DNA of 63,106 nucleotides, the filler included, from Octopus bimaculoides (Eukaryota), in the NCBI RefSeq assembly GCF_001194135.2. It is 5 parts of 4 records of this genome, joined end to end, with 100 filler letters (N's around TTAATTAATTAA, not from the genome) between each part and the next. Parts side by side here need not be neighbours in the genome. Positions count along the whole stretch, not along the records: positions 25,983 to 40,442 come from NW_026329483.1; positions 40,543 to 58,259 come from NC_068982.1; 3 more parts are not named here. One strand, written 5' to 3'. The number at the start of each line of letters is the position of its first letter. Position 1 is the stretch's first letter. Both the position numbers and the translations under genes were made by a program. Below the pieces are notes generated by a model. The model was not told the origin of the DNA, made no database searches, and worked only from the letters and a program-made list of their open reading frames with translations. Positions 37,589 through 50,140 of this stretch are shown here, piece after piece.

Positions 37589-37997
37589 AGGCGCAGGAGT
37601 GGCTGTGTGGTATGTAGCTTGCTTACCAACCACATGGTTCCGGGTTCAGTCCCACTGCGTGGCACCTTGGGCAAGTGTCTTCTACTATAGCCTCGGGCCA
37701 ACCAAAACCTTGTGAGTGGATTTAGTAGACGGAAACTGAAAGAAGCCCGTCGTATATGTGTGTATATATATATATATGTATGTGTGTGTATATGTTTGTG
37801 TGTCTGTGTTTGTCTCTCCAACATCAATTAACAACCGATGCTGGTGTGTTTACATCCCCGTAACTTAGCGGTTCAGCAAAAGAGACAGATAGAATAAGTA
37901 CTAGGTTTACAAAGAATAACTCCTAGGGTCGATTTGCTCAACTAAAGGCGGCGCTCCAGCATGGCCGCAGTCAAATGACTGAAACAAGTAAAAGAGT
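37589..37997 (+). mobile_element. Family B SINE, full length
   Basis: aggcgcaggagtggctgtgtggtatgtagc head through gactgaaacaagtaaaagag tail. Confidence 0.9.
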
Positions 37998-38242
37998 ATA
38001 TATATAATTAATTTATTTTTCTTTGTTTAGTTATTTTAATCTCAGCTTTAATTTTTAATCTTTAATTCTAATTTAAATTTTAAACTTTCATCTATTGTAT
38101 TCCATCTCAATTACTTGTAATCTCTTATTCTCAACATAGTCTGTCTCATTCGGTTTATTTTCACACTTGTATCTACAACAAATCCATCTACATAAAGTTT
38201 TTCAATTCCACTCAGTGCAGAAGTGACTTTGTGGTAAGCCAC

Positions 38243-38600
38243 AGGCGCAAGCGTGGCTGTGTGGTAAGAATTTTCCTTCCAACTACATGGTTCTGGTTTC
38301 AGTCCCACCATGTGGTACCTTGGCCAAGTGCCTTCTGCTATAACCTTGGACCAACCAAACTGTTGTGAGTGGATCTGGTAGAAGGAAACTGAAAGAAGCC
38401 CATCGTGTGTGTGTGTGTGTGTGTGTGTGTATCCGAGTATGATCATTGCCAGATCCACGGATTGGCTCCTGTACCGGTGACATGTGAAAAGCACCATTTG
38501 AGTGTGGTCACTGCCTGCATTGCCTTACCGGCACATGTGCCAGTGGCATGTGAAAAATAACATTTGAACGTGGTCATTGCCAGTGCCACCAGTAAAAACA
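38243..38600 (+). mobile_element. Diverged family B SINE 5' half followed by family D subrepeats
   Basis: aggcgcaagcgtggctgtgtggtaag head; gatcattgccag...ggcacatgtgaaaagcaccatttgag units. Confidence 0.7.
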
Positions 38601-38604
38601 CCTT

Positions 38605-39612
38605 TTGAAAGGATGATCCCAGATGAGCAGAAGACTATGCATGGGTATGTTAGTAGAAAGCTCCGAGATGATAGGGACATTGATTATTAAAGCAGTTAAT
38701 CATGGACGAATAGCCGGATTACCACCTCCCACTTTGGAGGGTATGCATTTGCAATCCAGGAACAGGAAATATCTACCAAGTACCTGATGCACAAAAGGGA
38801 TAGAGATGCAGGAAAAGCCATAAAATGTGACAAGCGATGCAGACTATTGTGGAGTCAACACCAAAGACTTCACCCACATCACAAGCAGTTATCCGAAAAT
38901 GTCATCACGGTATTATCTACCGATGATGTTGTAGCTAGGAAGGACAACCCTAAGGGCAAAGAAATAAGAACCCTCAGTTTGGTAGAAGCCATAGCCACTC
39001 ATAATAAAAAGGAGTACTGGTGGAATGTCCCAATGGAAACTTCAATAAAATGTAAGCACAACAGGCCTGACAATGATTTGGGATAGAGATGAGAAACTGT
39101 GTACAATTGTGGAAATTAGCTGCCCAGATGTTAACATAAGCTGAAAACGAGTAAAAAAGAGAATACCTATGCTGAACTATGGAGAAATCTGCAGTTGCGC
39201 TATCCAGATTACAAGTTCAGGTTTATACCTGTAATTATTGGGGCCCTGGGATATGTAATACACTGCCTAACTACCATCTTTGAGAAATTAGTCTTCTGAA
39301 ACCCAGAAAGGAGAAAGTTGATTCGAAGACTACAGATCCAATCCATCACTGGAGCTATAAGAATCTGTAAAACTTTCCCAAAGTCTATCATTTAAATATG
39401 AGCAACTCTAGATATGCAACTATATGCATGAGAATACATACATAAAGCAAAACATACAAATCTGCACGCATACATACATACATACATACATACATACATA
39501 CATACATAACCTGTTTTGATGTTGAAATTCCAATGAAAGAGCCTTGGATCTAGGTTAGAACCGGCTCTTTCTCTATTGACAAGAAATCGTGAAATAAAAC
39601 CGAATAATAACG
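38605..39612 (+). mobile_element. 5'-truncated R4/Dong-type LINE: CCHC finger, restriction-like endonuclease and 3' UTR ending in (TACA)n
   Basis: CDKRCRL..G...HI..SC, KEYWWNVPMETSIKCKHNRPD, PVIIGALG, LQIQSITG; 3' UTR shared with 12552-12880. Confidence 0.85.
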
Positions 39613-40134
39613 TACGTACATACACACATACATACGTACATACATAATACGTATATACGTACGTACGCACATACATAACAACATACACATACGTACAACA
39701 ACAAATCATTACATGGAAGAACGATCGAGACAAAGACCGACACAGATCGATAGAAAACCTCTACCAAGTTGATATTATCAATTTCAATCACCCTCCCTAA
39801 TGAACGAACACCAAGCACAAATTCAGCTCCCACCAGCACCTTCACCACATTTTAGATACTTATGTCCTTCCATATATTTCGTTGCAATTACCGTTCGCTA
39901 ACAGATGGGACGGGCAGAGAGATCGATTGAAAATGATAACATACGAGGAAAATTGATCGCCTCTCTCGGAAAATTCATCGACAGACAAGCTAAAAAAACA
40001 GTCTATACGGTCAATTGGATGCCTCCATTAGATGTGAAGTGTGTAATTAATTCACGAATTGCCAGCTGAGACCTGGTAGGAGATCATTCAATGTCTCTAA
40101 TAACTGCAGACGACAGACACAATTGAAGTTAGAA

Positions 40135-40442
40135 ATAGTGGCGAGCTGGCTGAATGGTTAGAGCGTTAGATGAAATACTTTGTGATATTCGTTTTGACGC
40201 TACGCATTCTCAGTTCAAATCTCGCCAAAGTAATTTTTTTGTTGTTGTTTTTTTCCTTTTTATCAGTCTGGGGGTCGATGAAGGACGATAGATTGCTCTT
40301 TTACTCTTTTACTTGTTTCAGTCATTTTGACTGCGGCCATGCTGGAGCACCGCCTTTTAGTCGAGCAAATCGACCCCAGGACTTATTCTTTGTAAGCCTA
40401 GCACTTATTCTATCGGTATCTTTTGCCGAACCGCTAAGTTAC
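40135..40442. mobile_element. Diverged family A SINE (+) abutting the 3' end of a family B SINE (-)
   Basis: gtggcgagctggc head at 40138; ttttacttgtttcagtcattttgactgcggccatgctggagcaccgcc at ~40305. Confidence 0.75.
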
Positions 40443-40541
40443 NNNNNNNNNNNNNNNNNNNNNNNNNNNNNNNNNNNNNNNNNNNNTTAATTAATTAANN
40501 NNNNNNNNNNNNNNNNNNNNNNNNNNNNNNNNNNNNNNNNN
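40443..40541. other. Artificial scaffold linker
   Basis: N-run-TTAATTAATTAA-N-run. Confidence 0.85.
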
Positions 40542-40575
40542 NCAGCACATAAAAACATGTACTGTGTTTATTAAG

Positions 40576-40606
<31 letters not shown>

Positions 40607-41434
40607 CAGTTTCGAGGATAAAGATACCTCTTAAAAGGGATGCTAATATCCAAGCTTCCCTGGTTTAGTTTTATATATCAACAAAATTTTCAGGAGCCCA
40701 GTATCACTTAATAGTATTATTGTTTCATTATTTAATTAATAATAGATACCAATTAAGTATATTCTGGAGTTCTATGATTGAAATAAACTATATTGAACAT
40801 TTCAATATATTTTGTATTAAGAAAAAAGAAATGGAGAGTTTAACTGATATATATCAATTCATTATTAACATATTGTTATTGATAATTCTCTGTAACCAAC
40901 AATCAATACCATACCTAACTCATTCAATTACAAATTAACAAATTAAAAATTAAAATGCATATTGAAAACATTGACTTAAATATTTCCTCAGGGTGAGAAT
41001 TATACATAAAAAGAATTGTTTGGATGAACATCAACAGACTCAACGTGTCTTTACTATTAATAGTATATTAATGCATATTAATATGTGTGTATTAATATTT
41101 TAAAATTTACTGTTGTATACATATATGACTTTTTAATTTATTTATTTGTGTTATCAATAACAATATGCTAATAATGAATTGACATATATATATATCAGTT
41201 AAACTCTTCATTTTCTTCTTAATATAAACTATATATATATATATATATACTAGACTACCCATGACATGTTGGGTCACCTGGAAAGTTTGAGTTTCCCAGC
41301 AATGGAGTTTTGTTTCAAGGGTCTTTTTTTTTTTTCCAGGTCATTTCACATGCTTTCAACGAATGTGACATTGAAATCATGTGTAAATGGTTCCTTTCCT
41401 CAGAAAAGGAAAGATTTGGCTGCTTTTCTTGCAG

Positions 41435-41501
41435 GCCCTGCTACCACATAACAAGTATTTTGGGTCCTTTATTGCAAATAGCTGTTACGTGGTAGCAGGG
41501 C
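41435..41501. repeat. 67-bp inverted repeat (mini-MITE or hairpin)
   Basis: gccctgctaccacataac ... gttacgtggtagcagggc. Confidence 0.85.
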
Positions 41502-42114
41502 GTGTTAGAAATAGCAGCCAAATCTTTGGAGCTGAAATACGTTGAATGCACTTTCACTTGAAAATAAAAGTAAACAAATTAAAAATTTTTACGGAAATTA
41601 ACGGCTTGAAAATAATTAAAAAAACATTAAAACATTGACCATTTAAAGAAAGCTAAAATATAAATACTTACTGTACAAAGAACTTACATTTTTGAGATCA
41701 CATTCAGTTAAAAATATTTCTAAATGATTAAAATATTGTGTACATCAAAAAGTCATTTTTTTCTTAGAGAGTGTGAAGACTATGTGTGTATATATGTCAC
41801 AGATAGGAGACATGTATTTGGGTTGATTAACACACCATGGTATTCATTATATGTGTGTGTATTCTGTATGTGTGTATGTGTGTTGACGTCATGGAAACCA
41901 TGTTTCTTTTTGTCGAGAATTTACAAACAAAGATTGTATTTACTCGTTTTCATTAATAAATAGAGGTCCAAATGTCACAAAAATTTGTACTGCACTGCCA
42001 AAGGTAAGTATGAAAATAAACACGCCAAAGATATTAAGACAAAATACACTATTTCTGAGATATTTTGGTTACACACAAACATCCCTAGAGTTTTAGTATT
42101 ATTAAGATATAAAG

Positions 42115-42482
42115 GCAATGTGGCCAATGCCAGGGCCTTGTAACTGGCACCCATGCCAGTGGCACCTTTCATGAGTAGGGTCTCACAAAAGCAATGATAA
42201 ATGGCTAAAACCTTCAGCAATATGCCGGGCTTGAGTAGAAGACACATCAAGCCAAATGAAATCACAGTCATAATAGACACTGGTGTTGCACAACAGGCAC
42301 CTGTGCTGGGGGTGCCTAAAAGCACCCATTACACTCTCAGAGTGGTTGGCATCAAGAAGGGCATCCAGCTGTAAAAACCCTGCTACAACAGACACAGTAG
42401 CCTGAGGTAGTCTTCAACTTGGCCAGCTCCTGTTAACTGTCCTACCTATGCATGCATGGAAGACGGACATTAAATGATGAAG
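42115..42482 (+). mobile_element. Diverged family D SINE with RTE-like 3' tail
   Basis: aaaagcacccattacactctcagagtggttggcatcaagaagggcatccagctgtaaaaacc...gcatggaagacggacattaaatgatgaagatg. Confidence 0.75.
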
Positions 42483-42546
42483 ATGTACTGTTCTGTGATG
42501 ATAAGATCCACAAAAAAGTACTCCATCTGGTGAGAGATAAATATTA

Positions 42547-42769
42547 TTTGATAAACACAATACATGTTTTTATGTGCTACTATTAGTTTTATGTATTGAG
42601 AGCATGCCAAACAGTGCTTTTTAAAATTCTTTAGTTTGTTACACCATGTGGGCAGAGTCTGATGATTGTGCTTGGACACCAGACATATAAAAAAAAAAAC
42701 ACTGTTCGGCATGCTCTCAGCACATGAACATAATAGTAACGCATAAAAACATATACTGTATTTATTAAG
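42547..42769. mobile_element. MITE with ~70-bp imperfect TIRs
   Basis: gagagcatgccaaacagtg pairs with cactgttcggcatgctctc, and outer arms also pair. A second copy's end sits at 40542-40577. Confidence 0.75.
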
Positions 42770-43194
42770 TATATATATACACACACACACACACACACAT
42801 ATACATCTATAAAAATTTAGTAGAATTTTAGATATTTGGCCTTGCAATATTATTTCTGGTATTTCTGAGAAAATTTAAGATTTAAACTTATCCAACAGCT
42901 ATGATTTTAATTTTGAGTAAACATAATGATAGCAAGTAAGATACTGTATATCATCTAAGCTATCAAAATTAGTTTTACTTCACAATATCAAACTTAGTCA
43001 ATATTTAACAATGGTCAATAAATAGCAGAATTGGTAGAGCATCAGTAAAATGCCTTGCAGTATTTAGTCATGCTCCTTCCATGTTCTATGTTCAAATATT
43101 GCAGATGTAGATTGTGCCTTTCATTCTTCCACATTGATTAAATTGACAAAATCCATCCTTCATCACCACAAAATAATAATAATAATGATTTCAA

Positions 43195-43388
43195 AATTTG
43201 GCACAAGGCCAACAATTTCAAGGGTGGAGCTAAGTCGATTACATCGACCCCAGAGTTTAACTGGTATATATTTTATTGAATGAAAGTCAATGTTGAGCTT
43301 GGCAGAATTTGAACTCTGAATATAAAGATGGACAAAATGTTGCTAAGCATCTGACCCAGTCTGCTACCAATTCTGCCAGCTCAACACC
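43195..43388 (-). mobile_element. Diverged, CpG-decayed family A SINE
   Basis: gtcgattacatcgaccccag and gcagaatttgaactctgaa blocks. Confidence 0.75.
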
Positions 43389-43473
43389 CTTGTGTCTTTC
43401 TTAGGAATCAATACTATTAATTAAATTGTTTAAAAATTTCATCTTAGAATAAAAAATGTGAGTTCATATTCAA

Positions 43474-43673
43474 CCCTTTAGCATTCAGATTATTCTGTCA
43501 AAAGTAATGCTTATGCATTCACATTATTTTGAATTAACCATGCACTGTCTTATAGCTTTCAGATTTTTATGAGGTAACTGAATTTTTAGAATGATATTGT
43601 AGGGTAGGTGTCAAGGGCCAGATCTAGCTAGTTTGAACATAAAGTAGATATGGCTGGTTTAAATGCTAAAGGG
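43474..43673. mobile_element. piggyBac-like MITE, 200 bp
   Basis: 12-bp TIR CCCTTTAGCATT / AATGCTAAAGGG; TTAA on the right flank, TCAA (one mismatch) on the left. Confidence 0.75.
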
Positions 43674-44048
43674 TTAAATAACAAGCTTTGAGCTAGTAAC
43701 ATCATCGCTTGTAAAAGATGTTAAAACTAGAAGCTATGGCTGCAGCAATAGAAGACAAACTTATGATCCATATGTTGAGTATTTTTGATACAATTTTCCA
43801 TGTTTATATCATATTTGACACTTATTAGATCACCACCAAGTCAATGTAACATAAAACACACCATTGTATTTTTATTTCCTTTCTGATTTTTTTACACTTA
43901 CCTGAATTACTTTGGTTAGATGATTTTTTTTTTTTACAGGATGATCAAAGCAATAAATTTGCTTCTTTTGTAATATGGTTGGGACTTCTAATAAATCACT
44001 ATCAAAAATAGTTTCGTTTTCAGAGATGTAAATATTCTCGAAGAAAAT

Positions 44049-45748
44049 TCAAAAGAATGTGTAATAACTGAAATACAAACAAGCAACAAAAGTAGGATAT
44101 ATATATATATATATGTTTTAAAACAGAAAATGAGTAAAGTATATGCAATGTAATGTAATATGATAATGTGTGTATACAATTTTATACAATAGAATGATAT
44201 ACATGCGTACCTTTCCTTCATTAGACACTAAACTCTGTTTGCGAAGACCTGTTGAGGCAAATGAAATCGATCAATCCAAATTCGACAACTGGTACCCATG
44301 CCAACCTCTCCTTCACTGGACACTAAACTTGGCTTGTGAAGACCTGTTGGGGCAAGTGAAATCGAAATCGTGATTGAACCAAATTCGATGACTGGCACCT
44401 GTGCCAGTGGAGCATTAACAGCACTGTCTGAGCATGATCATTGCCAGAGCAGATGTCTGGCTTCCGTGCTAGTGGCACGTAAATAGCACCATTTGAGCGT
44501 GATCATTACCAGCATCGCCTTACTGGCACTTGTGCCGGGGGCACGTGAAAAAACATTCGAGCGAGGTCGTTGCCAGTGCTGCTGGACTGGCTCCTGTGCA
44601 GGTGGCACGTAAAAAACATCATTTTGAGCGTGGCCATTACCAGTACCGCCTGACTGGCCCTTGTGCTGGTGGCACGTAAAAGCACCCACTACACTCTCGG
44701 AGTGGTTGGTGTTAGGAAGGGTATCCAGCTGTAGAAACTCTGCCAGATCAGATTGGAGCCTGGTGCAGCCTTCTGGTCTTTGCATGTCCCCTGCATTTAC
44801 AGCCCAAGTTTCATAATCATGTAGCAGAGCTGTTCATAGACAAGCATCATACAATCTACCCTTTACTCTGAGAGAGAGCCCTTTCCTGACTAACAGAGGT
44901 AAAAGTTGTGTGAACTTTTTCCAACCAGATGTTATTCTAGCAACTATACTTTCAGAGCATCCTCATCCACTGCTAATAAGATCACCTAGGCAACAGAAAC
45001 TATCTGCTACATCTAGAGAGCCTCCTGGGCATTTCAGAACATCTATTTTTCATGTGCTCTAATTATTTATTTATCTTGCACATCTTCCACAAACAAATTC
45101 TACTTTCTGTTAACCTTTTCATGATTCCATTGCATCTCTTTTGTGTCCATAGTCTGCACTGAGTACAACATATAACATGCAATTTCATATAATATAATAA
45201 TGTATATTAGTATATTTTTCAAATAATTTTTTATAATTTAATCTAAAAGAAAGAACGTACCCTTGGTTGTTAGAGTAAGATTGCGTCAGATAATGAATAG
45301 CTGCAAGTTTAAAATTGCAAGAAAAATATGGACATAGACAGCTGATATTTGAAGTGACTGGACTGGGAGAAGTGTGGGCTCCAGGGACAACAAAATTAGT
45401 GTAAGGCCCAGGGAAGTGGACAAAATATGGATGATCAGAAATGTAAAGCTGACGGGATTAGATGATCCTGGGTAACCAACCAGCACCAAAGAGCAGAAGT
45501 CACTGTAATAGCATTAAAAAAGACAAATTGAGGAGACAGCACATGTTTGTGTCAGAAGTTGGAGTGTATAAGCAATTTGGTATAACATGATGTATATGTA
45601 CAATTTTTATGTAATGTGATATGTACACACAAACTTATATGTGATAATATGCATAAACAATTTTATACACTTGGAGAAAGGAAAGTGGGTAGTGAAATCA
45701 ACAGCAGATTGGATATATGTGAGTAGTGTGTTTATGTATATGTATGCA

Positions 45749-45795
<47 letters not shown>

Positions 45796-48700
45796 ATATT
45801 TAATAAGGCTTTTTAATTTAGTTAAAAGACTAGAAATTTTCAGGGGAAGAGTTAGTTGGTACCATTAACCTTTAGTACTTGACATATTTTATTTAATTAA
45901 TCCCAAAAGGATTAAAGCCCAAATTAATCCTTGGAAGAACCATCTTGCACAATCAAAGATAACTTGATATTGGCTTGTACCATATTTTTGCCAAGGCAGT
46001 GCTTGCCAAAGTGGCTGGCACCATCCCAAAGAGGTGCAATATTTAGATGGATTCTGGGAACAAAGCAACTGCTCGGTGGGGTGAGCAATTAAATGCCCTA
46101 AATTTTAAAAATATTTTGTTTTTATTTTGTGCATGAATCATCTGGTAATATTAGTGGTCACAATGATGTTTTGACATTCCATGTAACTCTTTTTAATTGT
46201 GATCAAACTTCAACAGCAATTTTTGTGGTGTATTTAATTTTGTTCAATCATAACAAAGGAGCATTGAAAGAGTATTAGTAAAACTAAAAGGCAATAGTTA
46301 AAAATGTTTGACAAAGACTATTTTAAAGCATTAACAACATTGCTGCAACTGAGAACTGACCTTGCATTCAGCTTGCCTAACTCAAAGTTTGTATGTGAAA
46401 GGAATAAGACCGTGTGACATTCATGGCTTTCTGATGAGTTTTAGGGGTGTCATTGAAGCAAAAAGAGCTGGTTACAGGTAGAGATCAAAACAGTTTAAGA
46501 CTTAGTCCACTAGAAGTTTACTTCTTTCTACTCTATGTTGTTCAGCAATAGAATAAACTCACATCCTCCAAATTTTTCAGAAAGAGATCCAAATTTGCAT
46601 GTAGGAAATGAAACTTAATGTTCATTTTACATCCTAAGGCCTTGAACTTTTCCAGTATTCTTCACTTGGTCTTTGTAGTTTAGATTGTTTTGATTACTCA
46701 AAAAGTTCTTCATCATATCTTTATAAACTAATCCATGCATCTTTTTCAAAATCACTAACAGAGTTTTCAAAATGTTCACCCTTGACAAGTTCCTTATTTC
46801 TGATCCTACAAATACACCTTCTTCAACCTTGACATCTGATAAATAGAAAATTTGCTACACAAATACTTGAAGCCCTCTCCATCCTTGGCAAGGCTTTTAT
46901 GAATTGCTTCATGAAGACAAGTTTTTTTAAGTGTAGAGGAGGCAAAAAACCCCTTTTCTGATCAGTTAAACTTTCTTGGCAGATATTCTTTGTTCCTGGT
47001 GTAAATGTATCTCTACTTGGCTATTCTTTTTTGGACCAATGGAGTTCCTGGTTCTACTATCCCATTCACACAAGAAACAAGGAAACTTTGAGTAGCCTAA
47101 CTTTTATCCAAGCAACAAGCAAATTATTTTCAAGTTACCACGAATCAAATGTAACATATGATACTATAAAACAATGCATGTAGCGTATATACACTGAAAA
47201 AAAAAAAGGCATGTAGAAGTAACTGAAATAAAAAAAAAGATAAATCTTAACCTAAGTAATGTAACCTTGTAAAGCGCATCTTTCTCTCCTCACTGCTTGC
47301 AGGTGACTGAAGCTGCAGTGATGCAGGTACCTCTCTGTGTAGCTGAAGTGATTTAAATGTTGCTAGAAATTTATTTTTCAAAATAATATCTATTAGTTAT
47401 ACTGTTACAGTCAATTTAAATATAGTAATTAATTGTAATAATGAAAGACAATATTCAAATTCAGGCATAATGGTAAAATGCAATGATTGGTTTTGTTCAG
47501 AAACTGTATGTGATAGGATAATTTCTTTGTAATTTTTAAATCAGCAGTTAAAAATTGATCAGTTTCACCCAATAAATGTGAAACACAGACTTGTATATTT
47601 TAAAGAAATGTTAAATGGTAAATTTTGCCAAAGATGTTATATCAGCAACTGCTGCTCAATTAATATGGACACGAGGCGATGACTACTGACCGAGACCTTT
47701 GGAAATGTGCTGTGCGTGAGAAGATCCGGCAAGCCAAGTAAGATCGTTGCCAGTGCCCCTGGACTGGTTCTTGTGCGGGTGGCACATGAGATGCACCATT
47801 TTGAGCGTGGCCGTTGCCAGTACCGCCTGACTGGCTCCCGTAGGATTTTCGAGCGAGATCGTTGCCAGTGCCCCTGGACTGGCTTGTGCGGGTGGCACAT
47901 AAAAGACACCATTTCGAGCGTGGCCGTTTTCGTGCGGGTGACACGTAAAAGCACCCACTACACTCTCTGAGTGGTTGGCGTTAGGAAGGGCATCCAGCTG
48001 TAGAAACTCTGCCAAATTAGACTGGAGCCTGGTGTTGCCATCCGGTTTCACCAGTCCTCAGTCAAATCGTCCAACCCATGCTAGCATGGAAAGCGGACGT
48101 TAAACGACGATGATGAATATGCTAACTCACAACACAGATAATGGACAAGGCTGTGATGAAAACCAGTGCTAGCTTCTAGACTGCTCCATTATAATTATTG
48201 CCGGCTACAAGGCTTTGGTGACTGCAGTTGTTAAGTCTCTATCTACTCTCCCTGTGTCTCAATGGTAAATAGCAAGATCTCTAGATGCTACCATTGTACA
48301 ATTTGCGAATAGTGTTGAGTTGATGATATTTTCCTTTCTTTTTATTTGTTTTGCTTTTTCTCTTTTTTTCTTCCTTCACTCATGTTACCTCAGTTTGGGA
48401 TTTATATATATACTTATATATATATATCGCCAGACTGGCCCTCGTGCCAGTGGCACGTAAAAAGCACCCACTACACTCTCGGAGTGGTTGGCGTTAGGAA
48501 GGGCATCCAGCTGCAGAAACTCTGCCAGATCAGATTGGAGTCTGGTGTAGCCATCTGGTTCGCCAGTCCCCAGTCAAATAGTCCAACCCATGTTAGCATG
48601 GAAAACGGACGTTAAATGATGATGATGATGATGATGTGGTTTTATTATGTATGTATCATATATATACGTGCTATACATGTAATTATTAAATTATCTGAAT

Positions 48701-49013
48701 TTTTAATGAATGAATTTTATACTTAAAAAAAATCTGCAATTTAATAAACTATTTATATCATCAACAAAAACAAAATATCTCTCCCAATGTTCTCACAATT
48801 GAATATTTGTCCACACCACTTACAAATAAGAACTTGAATTTACAGGAAAAGAGAAACCACTCATTACGTATGTTGGTAAACGTATATATAACTGGTCTAA
48901 AATTCTATCACAAAATTGTTACTTTCCACTCTGGAAAATTTAGGAACCAAAAGCTAACCCCGACAGACGAAATATCATTAAAATAATTATTTCCATTTAC
49001 CTGAAAATGTCAT
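44049..49013 (-). CDS. Candidate 4-exon small ORF, 60 aa (exons 49013-49001, 47362-47252, 45300-45261, 44067-44049)
   Basis: All junctions are GT-AG and phase-compatible, giving MTFSATFKSLQLHREVPASLQLQSPASSEERKMRFTRLHYLAIHYLTQSYSNNQGYYTFF*. The exon 2 donor (GTTAAG) is weak and no homology was recognised. Confidence 0.25.
44235..44780 (+). mobile_element. Family D SINE-like element with internal ~60-bp tandem subrepeats and RTE-like tail
   Basis: Units gagcgtg..cattgccagt...ggtggcacgtaaaaa.cacc repeat about 4 times, then cactacactctcggagtggttggtgttaggaagggtatccagctgtagaaac. Confidence 0.8.
46380..47150 (-). mobile_element. Decayed DNA transposase, probably Chapaev3/CMC-type
   Basis: Minus translation fragments LPPLHL...MKQFIKAL.KDGEGFKYL..KF.YLS..KV.EGVFVG..IR.L..DAW resemble the LPPLHIKLGLMKQFVKAL family; superfamily name is from memory. 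Confidence 0.6.
47733..48115 (+). mobile_element. Family D SINE with subrepeats and RTE-like tail
   Basis: Ends ccaacccatgctagcatggaaagcggacgttaaacgacgatgatg. Confidence 0.85.
48428..48636 (+). mobile_element. Family D SINE 3' part with (GAT)n tail
   Basis: Matches 47930-48115; ends gttaaatgatgatgatgatgatg. Confidence 0.85.
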
Positions 49014-49076
49014 AGTTGTAAGTATGTTATAAAGATTTGTAATTTCTGGACATATCTCATGTTTTATTATTAAAAT

Positions 49077-49154
49077 GTTGCTTTATTGGCGTTAATTTTT
49101 AATATACGTTACCAAATCATCTTTTTAACGTGAATATGGTAACGTCATAGCAAC
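49077..49154. promoter_or_regulatory. Candidate promoter with clustered RFX (X-box) half-sites and a CCAAT box
   Basis: GTTGCT 49077, GTTACC 49108, GGTAAC 49138, AGCAAC 49149 and ATTGG 49085, in locally CpG-retaining unique DNA 60-140 bp above a CAG|GTAAAT donor. Confidence 0.35.
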
Positions 49155-49824
49155 ATGGGAGAGAATTCTTTTAAAGGGAAACTACTCCAAATAACTAATG
49201 CAATGTCCTCTGCAGCAACGACACCTAAACTTTCTTGTACCATTGACCGGCTTCACGCAAAACAGTTTTTCCACGGACTAGGAGATCAACGCACAATAAA
49301 ATGCATGATATATAATTTTATTTACTATTTCATATATAATATATATATAATGCAAAATATCCCGCGGACAGCAAGAGTCAATAAAACAGAAATAAATTTT
49401 TTTTAAAATTAATCCTTCTGTGCGGCCCGGTACTGGTCTATGACTCGATGGTTGAAAACTCTAGAGTAGTATAGTTGTATATACTTAAGCGAATGGCATA
49501 AAGAATGTCGGTTCGAAAGTAGAATTGGAAATAGAGTTAATTTAAATCTAAAAGATTAATTTAAATCATCATTTCTATACGCTGTCATATAGATTAATGA
49601 GAAAATAGAGAAAGAATTATATGCATTGCTATATTTATCTTCATTCTTCTAGGTTCTGTGTTCAAATTCTGCTGAAGTTAATTTGTGTATTCATCCCTTC
49701 AGGTATGAAAATAAATAAACACTGAAGCACCAGTAATATATATCAGGGAAGTTATAATTATTACACCTTGTGATGCAAAGGAAGAAAAAGACGGAAGCGA
49801 AGAGAGAATTACGGGGGTCTTACC

Positions 49825-50140
49825 TGTCGGTCCGGAAAAAGGGTCACTTTCAACATCCACATGCTGTCTCGATCTCCAAGGTTCACTCCACGTCCACGTG
49901 CGCTATCCGTTGCTGTACCGTCTCACACGTCCGTTTTGATGTGCTGTTCGCCCCCGACTGACCCTCGTCCTTCGCTGATGTTGCATGTCTACCACGGCAC
50001 TTCCGGTGGGATCCACAGGCCCCACTTTCGACAGGATTTATACCTACTCCCTCACTTCCAATCCTTCCCTACAACACAGCCTGGCTCATAACACCACACG
50101 TCCACCTTGATCTGAAGACCATTCAACCAACTTGCCCACA
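49825..50140 (-). mobile_element. 3' LTR of a Gypsy element (316 bp)
   Basis: Minus TGTGGG...CCGACA termini; polypurine tract GAGAAGAGGG at 50141-50150; TATAAA near 50036-50041. Confidence 0.75.
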
